The notes under the pieces are model-generated. The model did no database searches. It saw only the letters and a list, made by a program, of their open reading frames with translations, and was not told the DNA's origin. A stretch of DNA of 63,526 nucleotides, filler included, from Collodictyon triciliatum (taxonomy: Eukaryota), in NCBI GenBank assembly GCA_043381765.1. It is 14 parts of 14 records of this genome, joined end to end, with 100 filler letters (N's around TTAATTAATTAA, not from the genome) between each part and the next. Parts side by side here need not be neighbours in the genome. Positions count along the whole stretch, not along the records: positions 23,627 to 28,251 come from JBHJMP010005908.1; positions 28,352 to 32,974 come from JBHJMP010005909.1; positions 33,075 to 37,681 come from JBHJMP010005910.1; 11 more parts are not named here. One strand, written 5' to 3'. The stretch's first letter is position 1; each line of letters opens with the position of its first letter. Position numbers and translations under genes: made by a program. Shown here piece by piece: positions 23,968 to 36,000 of the stretch.

Positions 23968-26861
23968 TCATTTGTCCTGGATATTCACAACGACTTGGCT
24001 GGGCTGTGCCTGCACCATCTCTCTGTTGTTTCCGCTGGAATCGATTGGCACCACCTGGTTTGGGTCGGACGACTCCTTGATGGTGTCATATATCGCCTTT
24101 CCAACATCGACTAGAAGTCCAGGAATCTGTGTAGAGAGACAGAGGATTGAGATAAATACAAATGAGCAATTCAAGCATCCTCCAAATGATGCAGAGTGTT
24201 TCTTCAGAAAAACACTAATCTTTTTCCTTTGTTTGAAAAAAAAAGTGATTATTAATGATAAAGTGTTCATGTTTTCTTTTATTTCCTTTGCGTTGCGATA
24301 GTCTGGTTTTAAAATGATTTGGTGGGATGTGGAATCTAATTTGGTTTAGAATTACAAAGGAGCACAAAAACGCAAGGACGATGTTGTACGAGGGCATCAG
24401 CACAAGCAAGACAGATGTGACCAAACGAGAAACATTGCCCATCCTTTGATTTCCAAGAGTTTCTTAGTAACCAATTAAACTCATCTGGGAATCCATAAAT
24501 ACAAAGGGCTTAAGGCCACAGCAAATCCAAAACAACGGTATATACAAACGTAAGCAGAGCTGTACCATTTAAAGATGCGGAAAGCTATGTGTATATCAAA
24601 GACTATTCCCGTTCGTGGGTCGACCAAGACAGGTGGAGAGTTGCATAACTCCGCTATTTTGGTCAGGTACATGCACCCAGGTATGAATATCCACAACATC
24701 TACATCAGTATCGGATTTTATTCACGGTGGATAGGTATTCAGGAGAACAATAAAAAAAAAAAAAAAGGGAAGCTGAGTGACGTATGAGACCTTTGAAGAC
24801 GAAGGTAAAAGGCAACTTACTCCGCGACTCTTTGCTGTAAGGAGGATTACGGCTTCTTGTTGATTTTCTACAATGTAAATTGTGAATCATCAGATGAATA
24901 CGCATCTAATTCATTAAGGCACGAACAAATGCTTTCTATAGATGTATAGTAACGTCTTCCAAAGTACTTTTTGATTTTTTCCCAAAATCATCAGCTTTGT
25001 TCACAATCTCGTAGTCTGTACTCGAGCCGACCGTCCAAATTCCGAAAGTTAGTTGAACGATTCTTTGAGCGGATTTAACCATCATATTAACCATGTCTAT
25101 GTAAATGTAGAATTTATTCAGAAGGTTTCGTATATGACAGCTATAGAAAAAGAAGATTTAAAGAGTATGATGCGTTGGAAAGGATATGACAATAATGAAT
25201 TTAAGTTATATGTAGCGTGTATATTTTGATTCATAGAAAACTGAAATACCTTTGGGATTCATTGATTTGGCTTCCTTCGTGCTCTCGTCATTCAGCCAAT
25301 CGCGGAATCCAGGTCTGTAAAAGTAGAGAGGAACAGTGATGGGAAGAAAGGCAAGAAACAGGAGGATTTTGCCGAGACCCTATTATTTAATTTTTTTTGG
25401 ATTTACATGATTTTTGTCAATAATCCACCAAAAGGATATCATCGAACAAACAAAAACAGCAATTCATGTTGGCGACTAAACCTTGTAAAATCCTTTCGTG
25501 ATGGGCCGCCCACTAAAAAGCATGAAATACCAAAACAGCATGATAATCATAGTTGTAATTACCAAGTATTTTCTAGTGCAATAGTTTCCTTTAAAGAAGT
25601 AATCAAGGATACAATACAGATGAATGATGTAATTTGCGGGGGAAAAAATCCCTTTTTAAAAAACTCTTGATATGATAGGCAGGTAGAAAGAAAAAGTACG
25701 TGAACCCCATAATGACGTTGTCGATTTCCCCACAGGATGAAGAAGAGTACGTTGTCGACATTCCAAGAATCATTATCATAATTCGATACATAAAGAGCAA
25801 GATGATTTGCAAAACATATATTCCGAAAAACAGTCCCAATTGCACGACAACCTGCAAGTATATACATATCGCCGCATTTTAGTAAAATGTGATTCAACGT
25901 TATAATTTTGAAAACATTCTATGAAGACATAAAAGTTTTCAACACTTCCAATAAAGAATTCCCCTTTGCAAGAGTCGAATTTATGAATCAAAAATCGGTA
26001 AGAGTGCCCCTTTTTTTTTGTCTTATATTGTATTAGGATGTATTATGATGTGATCTGTTGAAACCTACATTGAACAGCGCTTTCTTTACACCTGTCATTT
26101 TCTCAAGCTTCGCTTGACTGGATATGGTTACATAAAAAAGCGTGTCTTTTCCGATAATACCAAACAAGACAAAGCATCTAATATATCAGAATTTCAAAAT
26201 CAGCAAGATTGGACACCATAGATTTGAGGAACGGCATTATTTTAAGAATCAACATAAAAAGATGTGGTCCAAGAATCGCCGCCACTTATGGGACTAAGCC
26301 AAGGGTTATGTAGTGATGAAGAAAGAAGATAAACGCCCAGCAATCATCAGAATATATGGGGTAAATAGTACAGAAAAATCATCAGTCCCCATGCAGCCAA
26401 GCTAAGGAAGCCCTTGCAATCCCACCCTGTGGCCGAGCCTGTCCACTTATTATAATCGGTATACTCAAACAGAACATGGAACCATTTCAGCAAAATCTTC
26501 ACTCCACGCCTGCGCACAAGAAGAAGGAAGAAAAAAACATGAGCAACCTGTTTTTTCAAAGCAACCAGGTATGGACATAATGGAATGGACCTTTCTTGAC
26601 TAGAAATAGCAGCATAAAATATCAAGTGACATATATATATATATAAATCAAAACAAACTCAAAGGCGCGAATCGACGACGAAAACGACTCTGTAACCTCG
26701 TCAAGGTCTGCGTGATCTACGTTGATGTTTACAAAGGACGATCCAAGCAATGAGATGTACCAGAGGGACTTGCCCAACTCAACAAGGACAAGGCCGAGTC
26801 GCAGGCCGATTCCGCCGAGCGCACCGCCTAACGCCATCAGCACATCTCCGCCACTTCCCAT
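23968..26861 (-). CDS. Hypothetical multi-pass membrane protein, about 11 exons, complete
   Basis: Phase-consistent GT-AG model from ATG 26861 (MGSGGDVLM) to TGA 23968, with many hydrophobic segments. No family recognised. Confidence 0.72.
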
Positions 26862-27816
26862 GGTTTGCGCCGAGCCGGGTCGATGAGACGCCTGATCAAA
26901 GGGGCAGCCGCACGAACGAGGGGTTTGCTGATAGGAGAAAAAAAGAATGTGCTGTAGAACAGATGAGTACAAAGAAGCCGAGAATGAGAAACATAGAAAC
27001 AAACAAACAAACAAACAAACAAACAAACAAACAAACAAACAAACAAACAAACAAACAAACAAACAAACAAACAAACAAACAAACAAACAAACAAACAAAG
27101 AAAAAGAAAAAATCAGATCTGTTATCTTTCTTTGTGGTGTTTGCAAGCTGCGTCCATGTGTCAGTTTCTGTGGCCCAGAGTCCCTGCTTCAACCTCCCAA
27201 ACCTTTCTGCTTCTCCTCTTCGCGACTCATTCCAAGCGCGTTAATTGGATAATTTGCAAGTCTGTTGAAAGCTCGATTGCTAAATTGTTTCCATTTTCCG
27301 CAATGGGTGCAACGGATTCCAGAACAATCAATTGAGAAGTGCATGTTACAAAGTCTTCCGTAATTATATAATTGCACACTATTCAATATTAATGTATTAC
27401 TATTTAATACATAGAATATTGAATATTGAACATTTTAATAAATAAATATATAAATTCCATAAATATGTAATCAACATACAAACCCACAGTAGACCATCCC
27501 ATCACCCGAGCAACGCCACCTTTCCTGTCAACGCGTCATCACATTACCGTTTCGTGCAATCAGACAAACCCCTGCCTGCATCACACCAGAGACAACCACG
27601 ATCATTCCACCACCCACACTCGCCGCCAACGAAAGAAACTGAACTCCTACAAGAACGGGACAACAGATTCAAATCGCCAATCACAGACAGAAAGCAGCCT
27701 TTGTCTCGACTCCCATCCCGCCCAACCCAACCCATTTTACCGACCTCTCACAAACACCAATCACAAAGTTTACAGACTCAACCAAGCAGCAGCCAACAAC
27801 CACCACCAGAGCGACA

Positions 27817-28117
27817 ATGGCCGTAAGACCTTGCAAAGCCTTCCTTTCCCTTCCCTTCACATTCGCTTCACATTCACTTCAAGTCCAAGACGCAAACTCA
27901 CTCGCCAAAAACGCCCTGCAGTCATCCCCCAAGCGCGTCCTCGTCACCGGCGCGGCCGGGCAAATCGCCTACAGTCTGATCTTCAACGTCGCCAAGGGCC
28001 AAATGCTCGGCTCCACCCAGCCTGTCATTCTGCACCTGCTTGACGTGCCCGGCACCGAGCAGGCCTTGGAGGGCGTGCGCATGGAGATCGACGACTGCGC
28101 CTTCCCGCTTGTGAAAG
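27817..28117 (+). CDS. MDH1: Cytosolic malate dehydrogenase, first two exons only
   Basis: MA, intron 27823-27921, then [48 protein letters not shown]. Confidence 0.93.
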
Positions 28118-28675
28118 GCAAAAACAAAGCATACCAAGAAAAACAACAACAACAAAAAAAACAACAAAAAAAAAAAAAAAAAAAAAAAAACAAGAAACAA
28201 GCCCTCGAAAACGTGCTCACGGCGGCCCCATCATACTCCACGACAACGCGANNNNNNNNNNNNNNNNNNNNNNNNNNNNNNNNNNNNNNNNNNNNTTAAT
28301 TAATTAANNNNNNNNNNNNNNNNNNNNNNNNNNNNNNNNNNNNNNNNNNNNTTTTTTGTTTTTTTGTTTTTTTGTTTTTTTGTTTTTTTGTTTTTTTGTT
28401 TTTTTGTTTTTTTGTTTTTTGTTTTTTGCTTTGTTTCTTATGTTTCTTATGTTTGCCATTCGCCTTTGGTCAAATGATGAACCAGGCGTGGAAATAAACC
28501 GGCCTCCACAAGTTTCAAGTTCGTGAGCAACAAAACGTAACAGAAAAGGGTGCTTACAGAAAGAAAAAACTACAAAACACTAGTGCCTGGCTCTCACGTG
28601 ATTTGCCCAGCGGCTGTGGTCACGTATATTTCGCCATGGTTGCGCTTTGTCCCCAGAAGAAAATTATTATTATTA

Positions 28676-29588
28676 TTATTTTACTTTTTGACATTTGTTT
28701 CGGTACGCTTTTTCTCTCCTGGGTTTTCTGGAAGGCTTCTCTTTCCTGTTGATAGAATACACACAGAAGGCTGTTTCTTCATGGTTTCTTTGATCGTGCT
28801 TTGCCGAGGGAATCCCGAATGGTGTCGCCGTGGCCTTTGATGTTTGCGATTGGATTCGCCTTCGCGGCAGGTTTCCGCCTTCCGATTTGATCAGTGTTTG
28901 TTGTGTGCCTCTTCTGGTAGATTCTTGGAAAATGGGGCTTTCTTCCAGTTTGGTCGGCAGACTTATTGGTTTTCTATTTGTGGAATTCATAGTAGAACGG
29001 TTACAACATGCTCACGATTGGGCTTTAATCTTGGATTCACCGCACAAATGGGTTAAAACGCCATTAACAGAATAAATATGGGTGCTAAAGATATGCACCG
29101 CGGGTGCTTTTTGTGTCGTTACGATTGAGTTTTATGTTTATCGATGGAAGACGAACGAAGAGAGAGAGAAAAAAATGAAAAGAAACGAGCAGTGCGTGGA
29201 TTACCCACCTTATATATAATAATCCTCCGTGATGAAGGGAGAAATAAAGTGTTCTCACATGCAGAATGTTTTACCCGAGATGGTTGAGTTCCAACGCGAT
29301 TTCTGCTTGTATTCGTGACGGACAGAGGAGCAGATGATGTTGTTGGGTCGATGAAAGTACGCACATGGCAATTACTTCTCAATTCAATTTCAACGAGTCC
29401 TTTCACCGGTTCAATTGGACATTGTTTACATCCTATTCCGTTCCACAGATGTGTCTATTGAAGGGACGACAGGTCACTTTCCTTACGTTTCTTGCTGGGA
29501 GATTCAGACAAAAAGCAATACATCGTTGTTTCTCTGGTATTCACGGAAGTGGCGCTTGACCTTCCCCTGGTTTCAGAGATAATCCAAC
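28676..29588 (-). CDS. Possible multi-exon hypothetical low-complexity protein
   Basis: Open segments bounded by plausible AG/GT sites at ~29466-29588, 29209-29400 and 28700-29070; no recognisable motif. Confidence 0.25.
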
Positions 29589-30261
29589 CTAAATTCGCGA
29601 TGGGTCAGATAATCATGTGGCATTGGATGATAAAGCCTCAAACCAAACACATACTGAAAAGCTATATTTGAAAGGAATTTAGGACGCTAGATATGGAATC
29701 GGAATCCCGGACTTAAGACTTTTCTGAGGGTTTAATTTATTTATTTTTTACCATGTGTTGATTGTCTGTACATGCAGTAATGAAGAAGTGATTTTATACA
29801 CAGATAAAATGAATGATTTAAATATGGCCGACTTGATCATATGCAGTTTAAATTCCATTACAGATACATCTAATCACTTGGAAAAAATAATTGTGCAAAA
29901 TAAACGTTCCATATAATTGGAATGAGTAGAATATGTGCAGTTTGGATGATGATATATGTATTCTCGCCAAAACTCTTATTGCATTACATAGACATACTCT
30001 CACAAAACTTTGTGCATCAACCAATGCAACTTGTGTTAAGTTATCTATTTGAATGTTCGATATTTGGATGCTTTTGAAAATAAAAAAGTAACTATTATTT
30101 TCTCCGTTTGTTAGAGATGGATTTAAAGAATAAATAGAGGATAACCTCATATGAGGCTTTGTTAGGCACTTATTTCAGTTTGAAATTAGCACATATCATT
30201 TTTTCCTTCCTTTTTTTTTAAAAAAAAAAGTAAGTTTATAACGATCTGTCGACTTTGTGAG

Positions 30262-32568
30262 CTATACTTTTGGCTTCTTGAGATTTTTCTTTTTAACACT
30301 CGAAGAGGGACATATGTCAGATAGCGAACAAGACGCGCACTGTACATTAAAAAATAATCGTATTTGTCAGTTTACTATTAAATCAATGGGCAATAGAGGG
30401 AAAGGGCGAAAGAAAGAAGAATGCTAACCTTAGGATTGACCGGGGTACATATAGTCTGACCGAATCCAACAAGCAACTCATTGATTTCTGGCCAATGGGA
30501 TTTCGGGAGCCAGTCTTCTAATTGCTAGAGACAGTTGAGGCTTATACATAGCAATTCATCTCAAAATTACGACAACAATAAAATAGATTATAAAAGTAAA
30601 AGTAAAAGTAAAAGTAATTTTAATAGCAATAGCAACGATTTGTTGAGCCATCATAAAAAAATAATCAAAATATTCCATAGGGTGTCTTTATCTTCATATC
30701 AACTAAAACAAACCAAACGAGTATCCTCTGGATCTTTGGCCTTTTTCGTCCACCCCAATCTTGCTGATATCCTATGCACATGGACATCCACACCGATTCC
30801 TTCGCACCTTTCATTTGTCGTAAGAACAATGATATTTTGAAGGAAAAGTGTTGCAATTATTAAGGGATGGTCAGTAATTCGAAGGATCTACTTATTCCAT
30901 GCTGATAGCATTGCAAGATATGCCATTTTTTTACCAACGCCCTGAATAAAAAAAAAATTAATCAATTTTTACACGCACTATAAAATTGTATGTTTAAGCA
31001 CATAATTCATTTATCTAAAAATTCATCCAATCGGTTTGAAAAGTATCAGAATCATTAATTTAAAAGTAAAAAATATACAGGAAGCTCCAATAGCCCATCG
31101 ATTGTAGGAGGAATGTCACAGTCGTATTTTTCTTTGAGAATCTTGGCTGTTTGTTTGATATATCTATGAAGTTTTAAAGGAAATTTTGGAGGAGGATAGC
31201 AAAACAAAAAGATGTACCAATGAATAATAAATATCAAAATTGATTTGGAGCAATATCAGAAGGAAATATATCTGAGATTCAGGTCGCACATTGTTTTCCT
31301 GTTATGGAATCCAACTTTGCAGATAAGCGAGTCGAGAGTCCTACAAATTTACGCCATCAAATCGAAAAGTTAATGATAATGTTCATTAAATTAGATTATA
31401 AAGGTGTAGCGGGATATACTTTCTAAGTAAAAAAATATCTATGCAGCAAATATCAGTAACTAATAATTCTAAATATTGATGCATTTTCTTACTTTTCATC
31501 TGTTGAGATGATATTGTCCACAGTGAGCCCGTGCTTGACCAAATTTTTTGTGGCATCTGTGCCACAAAATATGTATCAGGGATGAGTTAAAGCATCTACA
31601 CGTATTCACTTATTTCTTTTGAATGTGCATGGATATTTTTGTTTTCATTATGACTCATTTAATTGATGCAAATCGAATGCATTTGGGATAATCAGGAAAA
31701 TATGGATTAAGAGAAGAGAATATAATCGTTTAATTTTTTTTTTGGTACGCACGGTTAAAAAAAACTATTTATATTCATTGTTCAAAGGTAACTAAACATG
31801 AATCATGTATCAATTTGCAACCTGCTGTGACTGGGTCCTTCGTTTGAGATGATAGCATCAACGCAGTTAAGATCTGATACCTTTGAATCTATTATACGAT
31901 TCAGTCTTTGCTGATATCATGTGACGATTTTCAACCGATATTAAATACTTAGACATGAACGTATCCTATTTACATCAAGAAGGGTGTTTAACCTTTGGAT
32001 CGACTGCCGAGTCGTGGAGTTTGTCGCATCCCATCACATCTACTGGTGCATCTCTTTGTATCAATATGATTAGTGTTTGCTGTGATACAAATCATATTCG
32101 TATGTACTGAATTTAATCCACTATATATTCGTGATTTTGGGGGAAACCAACCTTTTCTCCCTCATATATGTGATTCTATCCCAAGCGACTTCCCATTTCA
32201 TGGGCTGGGCTGTATGGTGATGATGGTGATGATGAGGATGATGAGGATGATGAGGATGATGAGGATGATGAGGATGATGAGGATGATGAGGATGATGAGG
32301 ATGATGAGGATGATGAGGATGATGAGGAAGATGAGGAAGATGAGGATGGCGATGATGATGAGGATGGTGATGATGATGGTGATGATGGATGATTGTGATT
32401 TTCTTCACCCTTTCTTGATGTATCTTGTTGAACTGGGGTATCGCGGGAGTCCGCTGTGTCCTTGTTTATTCTGCTTCTTTTTAGTTCTTTGACGCCAGAC
32501 TCGTCTGCATCTTCCTTTTCGTATGCAATCCTTGAGTGCGACCGCCTCTTCACGGCGTCTTTCGGCAT
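30262..32568 (-). CDS. NTH1: Endonuclease III-like DNA glycosylase/AP lyase, about 11 exons, complete
   Basis: [24 protein letters not shown], HhH motif [34 protein letters not shown] and the 4Fe-4S motif C-x6-C-x2-C-x5-C. Confidence 0.96.
32214..32392. repeat. (GATGAGGAT)n repeat within NTH1 intron 1
   Basis: Lies between donor AAGG|GTGAAG and acceptor TACAG|CCCAG on the minus strand. Confidence 0.85.
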
Positions 32569-32897
32569 TTCCCTCTGAGGCGGGTAAATAAATGTCCTTT
32601 TAAAATATGCGTGTGTAGCCTTTGAGAGACCCACGCAACTAGTTGACAATTTGACGAAAGTAATAAAGGAGAGCATTGCTTGAAATAAAGTAGTCTAGGA
32701 ATTGAAAGTACTTTACTATTCATGCTACTGAGGGTTATTATAATGTTTTTTTGTTTGTTTTTTGTTTGTTTTTTTTTTGTTTGTTTTTTTTGTTTGTTTT
32801 TTTTGTTTGTTTTTTTTTGTTTGTTTTTTGTTTGTTTTTTGTTTGTTTTTTGTTTGTTTTTTGTTTGTTTTTTGGTGTTTTTTGTTTTTTGTTTTTT

Positions 32898-32974
<77 letters not shown>

Positions 32975-33074
32975 NNNNNNNNNNNNNNNNNNNNNNNNNN
33001 NNNNNNNNNNNNNNNNNNTTAATTAATTAANNNNNNNNNNNNNNNNNNNNNNNNNNNNNNNNNNNNNNNNNNNN

Positions 33075-36000
33075 AATATTGAGCGTCTCGGGCTGTACCA
33101 AAGACAGCTTTTTCACCTCGTGGTCCACTTACGACATAATTCAGGCCTTGTCTGCGAATACTTGCACTGGGAGCCCCGCCAACAAATATAGTGCCCATAT
33201 CTGAGTTGACTACTTGCCCAAGTGACCGGTTCATAAACGCAACCGAGCGAGTAGTTATGCTACTGTCTCCATACTTTGGTTGGTACTTGAGAGGCCACGC
33301 TCCAGCTGCTCTCGCACTGGCAATGAGTGTGTTCAGGTCCTGTCTCGAAACACCCCCAGAATAAAATGCGGTTACAATATCTTCAAGATAGCTGGTGTCG
33401 CTTGTTAAATCAACTGCTTCGATGCCATACGTCCGCATAGCATTTATGAATGTATTATAAGAATTAAAAGCGAATGTGGTATTATTGGTACCTGGGGCAG
33501 CTGTTTCAAAGAACCTAGACACTTTCTGAGCAAATCTGCTAGCGTTGGATGTGTCTCGGGAATCTCTAACTTGCGGTCTGTTTGGTGCGAATACTGGTGT
33601 CATACTTGGTGTAGCTCCAGCAAACGATGGTGTAGGATTAAGCCCTGCGCCGCGTTGAGAAGCAGTAAATGATTGTTGTGAACGTGAACCCATATTAGTA
33701 CCAAGAGGATTATTTTGCGGTTGTCTAGGTGTTGTGGCTCCGCTGCCCCCTCTGGGTGTAGCCCCCCCTGCTCTCCTTTCTGCTCTCAGTCTATCTAAAT
33801 TTGCTTGTAGGTCAATATTTTCCTGAGCAAGTCTTTGATTTTCTTGTTCTCGTTCTCTAGTTTCTCGGGCTTGGAATTGAATTGTATTGCCCTGTTCCTG
33901 TGTTTGTGCAATTAGTTTACGTATGGTCTCAGCATCTGCTTCCCTGTCTGCTTGTAATCTTGCAACTGATTGACGCGCAAGGTCAAGGTTACTCTGTTCT
34001 AATTGTTCTTTCGTTCTCTGATAAGCTATATCTTGTTGACTGAGTCTAGTTTCAAGCCTTTTTATTGTTTTTTCACGGTCTGCTAGTCGTCCCTCGTCTG
34101 AAGTTGGATTACTAGTTTGTCTTTTTTTTTCTTTTGCAAGTTTGTCTTCTGCTACTTGTCTTGCTCTACCTAATTCTTCAATCTCTTGTAAAAGTTTTTG
34201 GTTTCTGGCTTGCTCTTCGTTAGCGCGATTGATTGCTTGTTTCAGTCTTTTGGGTGTGGCCTTGGGTGCGGCATTTGCTGCATCGAGTTCAGTTTGTTTT
34301 TCTCCGAGTTGTCTTCTTAGGTCTTCTATCTCAGTATTTTGTTGTGCTAGTAAATCTTGCTGTCGTTGGAGTTCAGCGGGGTCTGTGCTTGTAGGTTGAG
34401 CTTGTGCTTGCTGTTGTTGTTGTGTCAATTGATCAAGTCGACCCTGTAACTCTGTCATTTGTTGTCGAAGCTCTTGATTCCTAGCCTGCTCTTCATTTGC
34501 TCTTCTAGCTGCTTCCTGGGCTAACCTACTTGGGGCTTTACCTTTTAGTGCGTCGATTTGCTCTTGTCGCTCCTGATCAAGGGACATATAAAATTCCAAT
34601 TGTTGTAGTCTCAGCTTCTCAAGTTTAACCAGGTCGTTGGCTGCTGCATCTAATGCCGCTGTTAATTTATTGAGCTCTCGATTGCCTTCATCAGATAAAC
34701 TGTCTCGTCTTTCAACAAGGGCTAATTGTGTGCCTATAACTGAACTGGTTAAGGCTTGAACTCTAGTAGCACGATTATCTTCAAGGGCCAAGAATTCATC
34801 TCTGACTTGCGCGATACTATTCTGCGCTTCAGGTCTGTCTATGTCTCGAATGGCTAATTGTTGATCATTCAATTGCCCTCTTAATTCTAACAATTCTCTT
34901 TTAAGTTGTTGAATGTACAACTGCTGGGCCCCCAAGAAATCTTCTTGTGTATTCGCTAATCTACCGGGTGACATTCTCTTGGCTATTGCTAGACTTCTGG
35001 TTGTCTGTGATATTCTGACTGTCAAGGCTTTTGAATTGTCGATAAATTCTTGGGCTGCTGGACTTCTTATTTGTGGAAACACGCGTCCAGGGGTGGGAGC
35101 TAATGGGGGTCTAGGTGAAAACGATCGCCGTGTGTCAGCTGTTTGTTCTGATTGGCCTCCTTCGATTTGTTTTTGGGGTGTTTTGCGTGGTGATATTGCT
35201 ACCGCAACACCTCGACTTTTCGAGGGTGTCACAGGATATTCTCGATGTCTGATTTCGTGTAAAGGAGTCCAGGTTTGAGTACCAGCCTGAGTTTGCGCAA
35301 CCGGAGCAGGTTTTATAAATTGGCCGGGTGCCACAGGGCGGCGAGGTGTCAACTCTAACATTTTCCCTCGTAACTTGGTGATATACTCGGCGTCCATTTT
35401 GCGGGCCGTCTCGTTTACGTCTTGTATTCTAATCATATCATAAAATAATTTGTCATACAGTTGTTGAGCTTCACTTGCTACTTCTCGCATCCTTACTAAT
35501 TCTTGTCTAAGGTCATTCACTTCTTGTTGTAGTCGTCTGATAGTTTCATCTTTTGAATCATCAAAAGCTAATTCTCTTCTAGCAATTTCCCCTGAATCAC
35601 CTACTACCCTAGTTCCAAACCCAGATGCCACTGTATATGATTGTGAGGCATTGCCTCGTGGTGTGCCTCGTGGTGTGCCTGCCGGCGAGGCTAAAAGTGT
35701 GTCTGATTCTTGTGGTTGCTCTCTAAAAGATGCCTCGATATCATCTGGTGATACTGCTACTTTTTCATTCAACATTCTCATAGAATCGTTCAGGGCTTGT
35801 CTAATATCTGGTGGAAGTTGTTCTGCTTGCTCTTGTGCGGCTAAAAACATTGTGGCAATGTCTCTCAAGAAATCATCGTCGGTAGGTATGTCTTGTTCGA
35901 TTAAACCGTCTATCTCTGCCAATTGTTGGGCAAGTTCTGCCTCATCATCCTCACCAAAGTATAGATTTGCTTCGACTTGTGCTATATACGTTTGTTGTAT

